A stretch of DNA of 45,881 bases. It comes from Vermamoeba vermiformis (Eukaryota). Position 1 is the first letter of the stretch; every line of letters begins with the position of its first letter. This document shows positions 12,772 through 22,000 of the stretch, one piece after another. Both the position numbers and the translations under genes were made by a program. The notes below the pieces were generated by a model that had not been told where the DNA came from, did not search any database, and saw only the letters and a program-made list of their open reading frames with translations. The DNA lies in assembly GCA_045837725.1 (NCBI GenBank), contig JBEWZL010000043.1, forward strand, positions 186,001 through 231,881, in the 5' to 3' direction.

Positions 12772-13841
12772 ATGAAGAGACAAAATAGTGGTGACCTGCC
12801 AAATCAACCACCACTAAAAAAACAAAATATGCGCGACGGAGAATATTTCAACTTACAGGAAGCACTCGAGACTGACTCAATTAGTCCGACTCCTGACACA
12901 TCCGACAGGAAAATGACAGAACTAACAGTGCCAATTCCAGACGACATTATTTGCAATCACCTTGTCCCACACTATTCTCGCACATGGTTGTTCGTATCGA
13001 AAAGGCAGCACGGCATTGCGTTCGCGAATTTGGCGCACGACCCTCGATTGCAAAAGATCTTTTCAAGCATTGAAGAGGCCCTTATTAGTGCTTGCAAAGC
13101 TGGAAATACATTGGCAGTTCAAACGCTGCTGCGCCACGGACACATTAACTATCTTCTCGTGACTGAGAACTACGATGGCGAAGAATTTACGTATTTAGAT
13201 ATGAACGACTTGTCACTAAGCATTTTCGAACGGAACAATTACGCAATCATACAAAGCTTTATCAACGACAAGAGAACACCTTCAAAATTATTAGGAGAAA
13301 TAATGTGCTGGGCTGTAACAAAGGGCCACTACGAAATGGCAGTCAGCTTGTTAAGTGATCGCACGCGGATGGCAGAAGAAATAAAATTCTCAATCAAACA
13401 ACTATTGAATACAGCTACAAGCCACGGCTATATTAACCTCGTGCAATACATCTTGAGAGAACACCGAGAATATTTTCGGCCCATTTCGAGGAACAAGCTT
13501 TGCAATACGCAGCAAATGATGGCAACTACATGATCGTAGACGAGCTGATAAATTACGGATTTGATCCAACGGAGAATTGCAACTACCCTCTGCGCATAGC
13601 TACCTATAGAAAGCACCACGAGATCATTAAGCGTCTCTTACGATGTCCGCAAGTGGATCCAAATGACGCTCGCGTTTACGACTTTGATGGAGACAGTTTT
13701 GTGGGTAGTGCCGTTGAAACAGCGCTCTACGGTGGAGACATTGGCATTATTCAACTGATATTGGCGGATCCTAGAACCATCGTGACACCAGACTTGCAAC
13801 AACTCTTTGCCCATTTATTACCAGGTCAAACAATAAATTAG
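12772..13841 (+). pseudogene. F-box-like + ankyrin-repeat gene with one frameshift near 13475 (pseudogene or sequence error)
   Basis: IPDDIICNHLVPHY..WLFVSK resembles the N-terminus of 5097-6287; ankyrin repeats continue in a second frame (HFEEQALQYAANDGN, FDPTENCNYPLRIA); no intron signals at the switch. Confidence 0.7.
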
Positions 13842-15286
13842 TTGATTCAAGGCTCTTCAGGAGGGTCGAATAGCAATTCTTCGAAAATTGTAGGCTCACT
13901 GGGATAATCAAATTCCTCCATGTGGAGTGTAGTGAGATTCTCAAAAAAGGAGTATTCCTGGTACTCATGCTGATGCCACGGTACGCACAAGCGTACCTAA
14001 TTCTGTGAATCGTGGGATCTTCACGATAAATATAAATACTGTTGTAAACGCCTAAATAAATCATTCTCTCTTTATTACAAACAAATTCTAGGTGGCCAGG
14101 GTTAAAATTGTTGTAACCATGCTTAGCAAAGGCACTTCTGATGAGAGTAAGATGTTGCTCAGGGAGATAAAGAGTAGAAGGAGGATGAGCACAAAGAGAG
14201 TCAGTGATATCCCAAAATTTTATGGCTTGGATTTTTTGATCTCTGATCTGCAAGGCTAATTGCCCTGTTATATTTGTTCTGCCTCAGCCTCAAGCCCAGC
14301 AAGAAGGATAAGACCCCCCTGTCCAAAAGAATGATATCAAGCTTCCAAATGTTCACAATTTTCCAACTGAATTTCGATCTGCCCAAGGAAATTCCCAACG
14401 TTCTTCAAGTTGATGAATAGTTTGATACTGTTTGTTATTTGGCTTGCAAGGAGAAGTGGCTCATGGAAGATTTCTGCTGTGCCATGATTTTGAAATTGCA
14501 TTAATTGTGGGTGATGAGCCTTGTCCTATCTGCCTATATATCATACTTATTCCTTATTTTTGATTTTTAATCTGCTCAAATCTGACCCTATTTTTCAAAC
14601 AGAAAAAAGCAAGTCCCATGAAGTGGAAACTGAAGAAGAAAGAAAGTAAAAAACAAAAGAGGGTCAAGGCAGTGTAACTAAGTTTTGTGACCTGTTCTAA
14701 TTCATGCAGATTCCCAATCCAAAGGCTGGGAACAGATTGCAGCCAGCCTTATTCGATTTTTGAATGAGGTCCAAATGTCTTCAGTTGTCTTTAATGTGGA
14801 TGACTTCCATGAACTGTTGGACTGCTTGAAATTATTCATATATGTAAAAGGGCCTGGCCATATTCCGTAACCAACTACCACGTTAAATTTATTTTTTTTT
14901 GATAACACGACCACTTCAAGCATAGGCACAATAGTAACAATATGTAAACAACTATTACTTCGCTATAGATATAGTAGACTTTGATTGTCTAGAAAGGTAA
15001 GTCCAAATCCAGATTCGTTTTTTAAGATCTTCAGTACTTCTTCCTATTACGAGTTCAATATTCATATATATTATTATTATTATGGATGAACCGATTAAGC
15101 AAATTGTTAGCAGAATAATTAAATTGATTTTAATTAATTATGGTTCAAGCAGATCTCAACTCGTTCGAGTAATTTATCGATCCCGCTTCTAGATTGGGAC
15201 GAACTTTTAACGAGGTGAAAAATATCCCACTATTAAAGTGTAAACTTTACACTTTTAAAATAAACTTTACTTCTAACGTTACAAAC

Positions 15287-17825
15287 TTAAAATGGCCTCA
15301 ATGGAGGAATACAAATGTAAATTGTGTTGTTCTTTGCGCCCACTGAGAACTCAAACAAAGCAAGTGACTTTTCAAGCATCCAATTATGAGCTGTAGCCAA
15401 AGTCTTGAACGCAAGAGTCTCATTCTCGACCTCTTTTGTAATGAAAGAGTACTGCAGCAAAGTGTAGTTGTGATGTGCACCTTCAGGTAATCCAGCACCA
15501 AGCAACACAGAACGCTTTTTTTGGGCAGTAGGTAGCTTGACATTCAGAAAAGCGTGGGTTACTGTAAAGTTGTTAGTGTAAAGTTTACAGTTTACATATT
15601 TCAGTGGCACGTACGGTAGTATAAATACTGGTGCAGGGAAGAGGAGGTAGCCCCCCTGGCTTGCCCAGTAGGGCCCAGCAAAAACGATTTTTGCATCACT
15701 CCTCTTTTTGTTAACCAAAGTATGAACTTGCCAAGCCTGAGTTCCCCTTGAACAGAGATTAGATTAAATAAAACAAGTAATGGGGCACTTACATGCATCA
15801 GTTTTTTCATAGACTGAAGACACTGTGACTCCACATTCATGCGAAAATTCTGAAATGGCGGTTGGTGTTTCTTCAAGGTTATTTTCTTCTTCACCAGATT
15901 CACCAACCTCCCCAGCATCGTAACCGTCTACAGGCTTTTGTTGTTTGGCTGGTGCAGGCCTAGTGCAATTAGTAACAGTGCTTTATGTGTAATTAATATG
16001 CTTACAAAGGTGCCTTTTTATGCTTAGATACAGGAGTACGGGCTTGTTCAGGTTCCCCTTCTTCTATCTCCTCCTCAACATCAATTGGTACCCTGGAAAA
16101 TAAGTAAGTGTAAAGTGTAAAGTGTAAAGTTTACAGTTTCACTTACGATTTCGCTCCCTTTTTGCTCTTCTTTTTTGCACTTTGGGTCACTATTCTCTCC
16201 CCTTTGCCACAATTAGAGCAAATAATGATATTTTGTTTGACTTACGAATTCCAGCAAGCCTCTTTTGTTCTGCCTTGTCCACCATTGAAGTTCCACCCAC
16301 TATGGGTGTGTGTGACGCACGACATCCAACACTGCTCCGAGCTCAATGATTGAGGGACTTTCATCGGAATTCTGAAGGATTAGAGCACCATTGCTAGCTG
16401 TTCGTGCAACTTCCAACCAATCAACAGTCAGATGTGCAGAAGAGGTCTTCTTTTTTGGTGGTGCCTTCACAATAGCATACCATGTCTCTTCACCCTGCCC
16501 CAGAACAGCAACAAGAGACGATTTGTGGACAGTTGCTAAAACATCTGCAGTAGCATATGGTTGGGCTGAGGCGTCACGTAAGCCTGCCAACGAACGCGGT
16601 TAGTGTAAAGTTTACAGTGTAAAGTTTACAGTGTAAAGTCTACAGCTGTACGTACCTTCGGGCAAGGATGTTTGCTTAGTTTTCTTTTCCTGCTGCTGCT
16701 TTGCTGTTGTCTCCCTGCGAGGCTTGCTATTCTTGCTGGTAGTATGATTGCTGCGCTCCTCGCTGCTATTTGCATCACTTAAGTCAGCTGCAGAGCAAAT
16801 TCAGAGTTAGATCACCAAAGATTGTTTTAAATGTAACTTACCTTGCTCTTTTTCTTCATCGGATTTGTCGGAAATGTTTGAGCGATCATTTGTGCGTTTG
16901 CTACGACTATTTGTTTTCTTGGCAGCACCTTTGTTGTCGCGATCTGGTGTGGGATTAGTGAAAGTGGAATTTGTTGAGATTTGAGATGAGACTTACCCGT
17001 ACGCTTCTCAGAGCGGGACTTGCCAGGTGCATGAGCGTGTTGATCATCCTCATCATCGGCATTATTTCCATCAGTTTCAGCAACTTTGGTGTTACGATCT
17101 GGTGCGGGATTAGTGAATGCGAATTCGCTTCAGATTGAGATGAGACTTACCCTTTTGCTGCTTGGGGTGGGAATTGCTAGGCACGTGAGGACGCTGGTCG
17201 TCCTCCTCATCGGCGCTATCACCATCAGTTTCAGCACCTTTGTTGTTGCGATCTGGTGCTAGATTAGCGAAAGTGGAATTTCTTTAGATTTGAGATGAGA
17301 CTTACCTGTTCGCTGCTCGGAGCGGGACTTGCCAGGCGCGTGAGGACGCTGATCGTCCTCCTCATCGGCGCTATTGCCATCAGTTTCAGCTCCATTATTG
17401 TTGTTAGCTGACACGAGATTAGCAAAAAATTAGATTTGGAGATTCGAGATGAGACTTACCTTTTTGCTGCTCAGAGTGAGACTTGCTGGGCGCATGAGGA
17501 CACTGGTCATTCTCGACATCAACGCTATTAGCATCTGCTTCCGCACTGTTGTTGTTGCGATCTGGTGCGGGATTAGCGAAATTGGAATTTCTTTAGATTC
17601 AAGATGAGACTTACCTGTTTGCTGCTCAGAGCGGGACTTGCTGGGTGCATGAGGACGCTGGTCGTCCTTGTTATTGATGCTATCAGCATCGGTTTCTTCC
17701 GCTTTGTTGTTTCGATCTGTTGCGAGATTAGCAAAACTGGAATTTCTTTAGATTCGAGATGAGACTTACCTGTTAGCTGTTCGGAGCGGGACTTGCTGGG
17801 CGCGTGAGGACGCTGGTCATTCTCC
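15287..17825 (-). pseudogene. 5'-truncated multi-exon nuclear protein with tandem 34-aa exon repeats and a Tudor/SH3-barrel-like segment
   Basis: Repeated exon NNNGAETDGNSADEEDDQRPHAPGKSRSEQRT; segment SSLVAVLGQGEETWYAIVK..LTVDWLE; frameshift in a (CA)n run at ~16305-16314; breaks off mid-exon at 17825. Confidence 0.6.
16840..17825 (-). repeat. ~155-bp exon+intron tandem repeat, 5 full copies plus one truncated and one diverged copy
   Basis: gagatgagacttacc (reverse of donor GGTAAGTCTCATCTC) recurs at ~16983, 17137, 17293, 17446, 17601 and 17756. Confidence 0.9.
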
Positions 17826-18221
17826 TTATTATATATACTCTAGGGCTAAAATTTTTGCTAGGGTTTCTTGTGTATTGATTTTTTCAAATAAATAAACAAA
17901 AATTTCAAAACACTGTTAAAAAAAGCGTCCCCACTGAGGGGATGCTTTTAGAAAACCGTCCCCTGCGTGGGGACGCTTTTGGCCTTTTTTCCTTTTATGG
18001 TAATGATAAATTTTTAAATCAAAAGAGAATGGCCTAAGAGCATAGCAATAGAAGGGTAGAGTTGTCTAGCTCTAAACCAGCTTAATAGAAATTTCTTTAA
18101 GATTATTTTTGTTTTTCAGGAGCCCTAGAAGGAGCCAAAAATAGGATCAAGGAAAACCATGCTTCAATTATCTCATTCTATTAAACAAGTGCTGGTAGGT
18201 CTTTTACTAATGTACTGAATC

Positions 18222-18337
18222 TGGCCCCTGCTAGCAGGTTTACCAGGGCTGTTGAAAACATGAAAATTTGGCCCCTGCTAGCAGGTCTACCAGGGCTGTC
18301 AAAAACATGAAAATTCGGCACCTGCTAGCAGGTCTAC
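18222..18337. repeat. 47-bp tandem repeat (3 copies) centred on palindrome CCTGCTAGCAGG
   Basis: Palindrome at 18227, 18274 and 18321 with a shared spacer taccagggctgt..aaaacatgaaaatt. Confidence 0.9.
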
Positions 18338-18423
18338 TATATATATACTTTAGGGCCAGGCTGGCTGACAGGGCTGGCCACACAAAAAAAAAATGGGTTT
18401 GGCCTGCCAAATATCAATGACAA

Positions 18424-18800
18424 CCCCTTTGTGGGGACAGGGTAGGCATCTCCTTCGTGGGGAGGGGGTAGGCATCCCCTTTGTGGGGATGGGGTAGGCA
18501 TTCCTTCGCAGGGACGGGGTAGGCATCCCCTTCGTGGGGACGGGGTAGGCATCTCCTTCGAGGGGACGGGGTAGGCATCCCCTTCATGGGGACGGAGTAG
18601 GCATCTCCTTCGTGGAGACGGGGTAGGCATCCCCTTTGTGGGGACGGGGTAGGCATTCCTTTGCGGAGACAGGGTAGGCATCCCCTTCGTGGGGACGGGG
18701 TAGGCATTCCCTTTGTGGGGACGGGGCAGGCATTCCTTTGCGGAGACGGGGTAGGCATCCCCTTCGTGGGGACGGGGTAGGCATCCCCTTTGTAGGATGC
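18424..18800. repeat. 24-26 bp G-rich minisatellite (gtggggacggggtaggcatccccttc), ~14 copies
   Basis: Directly visible; tcccc-N5-gggga inverted repeat across unit junctions; solo copies at ~17926, ~17977 and ~18872. Confidence 0.95.
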
Positions 18801-18923
18801 ACCTGCCAAAAAGAACACTACACAAACTTATTGAAAGTATTTGCTATGGATATTCTTACAACACAGCACACATCCCTTGTGTGGGGATGCAAAGGTAGAA
18901 AAGGAGTTGAAAAACTGCTTTTG

Positions 18924-18959
18924 TTAGGGCTAGGGTTAGGGTTAGACATAGGGTTAGGG
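18924..18959 (+). repeat. Interstitial telomere-like tract, six in-register hexamers
   Basis: TTAGGG CTAGGG TTAGGG TTAGAC ATAGGG TTAGGG. Confidence 0.75.
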
Positions 18960-19084
18960 GCAGTGGATCAAAGAAGCAGGAGTGTTTACAGCCATCGGGT
19001 TTGGGAGCAAGGAATGGCCCCCAATGGCTGGAAATTGGCATGGAGAGGGCCTGAAAAAGTTTAACAAAAATCAGAGCAAAACAA

Positions 19085-22000
19085 ACGAAATTGAACATGA
19101 ACATCTTAATTCAATTTCGTGACAGCTTAGAAAGATAGCTCCAACAATGAGCTATTGGGACCAGTAAGGGTCCCTGATAAAATTGATAAGGTAAGCGAGA
19201 AATAGCGATGGGTCCCAAGGGCGCTCGAGGGGATCAGGATCGCTAACTTTAAGAGAAATATTCATTTGAGATTTTAATTGATTAGATGTTGTTTAGACTG
19301 CCGAGAAACAACGCGGAAAAATACCAGAAAAATTCTCGGTCCCCAGGAAGTGGAGAAAACGTTGCGGAGATCCGCCTTGTCAAATTGACGGATCGAAGAA
19401 GAGCAATGAACAATTAATGGCTTTAGTATAATTTGGGGTATGTAATAATAACAATTCTGGCAATAATTTATTTTTTGGCTGTTTGAGGTCAGATTTGAAC
19501 CTCGATCTCAATTTAAATCTGCGAGATGAATGAGATTCTCGTTACTCGCGTCATCCAATTGTCTCATTAGTTTAAATAAAATCATTTTAAGAAATTCTGT
19601 GTTTATTACAAACTTAGCCAAGATCGCACCCGTCAATTTTTCTTCAAGTCCGTGACAGATCGACCACAAGGGTCGAATTGAACATTCAGCTGATTTATTA
19701 TTATTATTTAGACGCTATTTCAATTGACAGTAACACGCCACGGCATCAGAGCCGTTACAGCGCGAGTTATTTTTGGAACAAACCGGTTGCGAAATTGGTA
19801 GATCGACCACAAAGGGTCGAATTATTGATTATGTATTAATTATTAGCACCTGTTAGTGACGCGCCACGACGACAAAGTCGTTCAGCGCGAGTAATTTCGG
19901 ATTAATCAAAATCGCACGCGTCAACTTTAGAAACTATTTTTAAAACCTTAGACAGATCGACCACAAGGGTCGTTTTATTTATTTTTCCGTTTATTTACAG
20001 CTGATAGTAACGCGCCGTGGCATCAGAGCCATTCCAGCGCGAGTTATTTTGGAGGATCTGCGGATTAGAGCTGATGCGAAAATGGCGCACGGGCTATTTC
20101 GCATCAGTAATTCAACAGAACAACCACAAAGGTCGTTATATTTATTTATTGTTGTTTATTACCAGCAGACAGTGCCGTGCCACAGTCAACACGGCCGTTC
20201 AGCGAGTTATTTTGAGGATTGACAGTAGCAAATCTAGGATTCGCAACAGATCGACCACAAGGGTCGATTTGGTCAATTAGATTGGTCGTTTATTATTAAC
20301 ACACACGTGCCAAACGACATTCAGCGTTGTTCCAGCGCGGCGTTAAGATCGCGAACAAGTAGGCGAACAATCTCGGTGCAGAGACCGAGAATATTCAAGG
20401 TAATATTTTCTTAATATCCTTCCACCATCTTTATAATTATAATATCGTAAATTCAATTTTTAAGTTTTCAATTAAAAAATCAGATCCGGATCGAGCTTAG
20501 TGCTCGGATTTTATCCGGATTTTTAATTAATAACGATTAAACTATATTAAGTACAACATACTGACACGTAATTTTCTATTTAGATTTTCCTTACGAACTT
20601 TAAGCGCGATCGAAAGTTCCAGCTACTTTCGATGCGCGAGATCCCGACCACCAATGGTCGTTTCATGGTACACTGGCACTTTCCGTTCGTGTACCACTGC
20701 TGGGACCATCACCACTGCTCGCCGACGGCTTCGGTTACAAGATGACGAGATCGGATGCGTTGGACGCATCAAAATAATTGGTAAGTTTGATTTTAATAAT
20801 ACCAACAACCAATAAGACGCAAGGAATGCGTCATTTTCAAATTTAAAATTACACTAATAATTTAAATTAAATTGTTATTACGGATCGAGCTTCGCCCTTC
20901 TGTAAAATTAAAATTGTTGTTCATTTCATTACTAAAACAAAATATTAATCACTATTTAAAAGGCTATTGGAACGTAAGCAAAGATGCGAGTGCTAGATCG
21001 AGCGCGACAGTCGGACCGCTCGATGACTGGCAATGAATCAAGCGTAAGTAGATTAAATCTTATATTTTATTGTAATTTAGTATTTTAATGCGTTTTATTT
21101 AGGTTTTATACATTCACGATGACATATCTCGAACGTGATCTTCTCGCGTTAACAGTTTCGATACTCTGTGAAATATAGCCCTGTAAGTATTCCCAGCCTC
21201 AGATATTGGTAGGTACTAACGTGTTATATCATTAGAAATGGACAATGCAAGCCCTCAAAAAAATTATCAAGCTCGAGATCCACCGCATTCGGATTCAACT
21301 TTTGATAGGGCATCGATCATGCCATGGTGAGTTCAAAGCTTTTACAATAACCAATATATGCTAATACCAATTCTATTACTAATTTTAGTTTATTTAGGAC
21401 TTAAACGGATGAGAGCACAGGATCCCGCTCGGGATAGGAGCTGATCTATCCCGTTATTTAAACGATCGCATGAGGACTCCTAGACGCGGCAAGTAAGTAC
21501 ATAGTTTACCATGGCTAGTACTAACACTTTAATAATCTAGAGTTGCGCAAGGCACTGATTAGACTAGTAGGCGTGGATCCGAGATGCATCGATCTCGATC
21601 CAGTAAGTACTTGACAGTGCGCATCGATTGCGCCAAAAGTAAGTAGATCGCATTAAACACTGATTCTATAACTTACTGATATAGTTTCTACTTAGAGAAG
21701 AGCACATTAGCAGTTTTTACGGATGTTAAAATGCGATCTGACGAGGATTTATTGATTCATGCCAAATTATGGTCCCGTAAGTAATAAAAGACGATCACCC
21801 ATATTATCTCAAACTAATATTTTTACTCAGAGGCTATCAATTCGGCGACATTATAGAGAAATCGAATCCGCAACGACTTTCACCAGATTTTTCGATTTTT
21901 AGAACGCACCAAGATCTGACGAGCAATTTTAAACTTGTAAAAGTATGGTAAACTTGTAATAGAACTTAATAAAGCAATTTCTTGCTTATAAATTGATCTA

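Noticed and set aside
13771-15065. Minus-strand ORF fragments
   Set aside because: Interrupted by stops and frameshifts with no recognisable family; probably decayed genes, not callable.
17839-18128. ctagggct / agccctag as transposon TIRs
   Set aside because: Only 8 bp match and no target-site duplication.
18924-18959. True chromosome end
   Set aside because: Short, degenerate and internal to continuous sequence.
18337-19104. ORFs of 72-162 aa (PTKGMPTPSP repeats)
   Set aside because: Open in several frames only because the minisatellite lacks stops; unit lengths of 24-26 bp do not preserve frame.
19654-20340. CRISPR-like repeat-spacer reading
   Set aside because: Eukaryotic context, no cas genes, and the intervening sequence is itself a conserved second hairpin rather than unique spacers.
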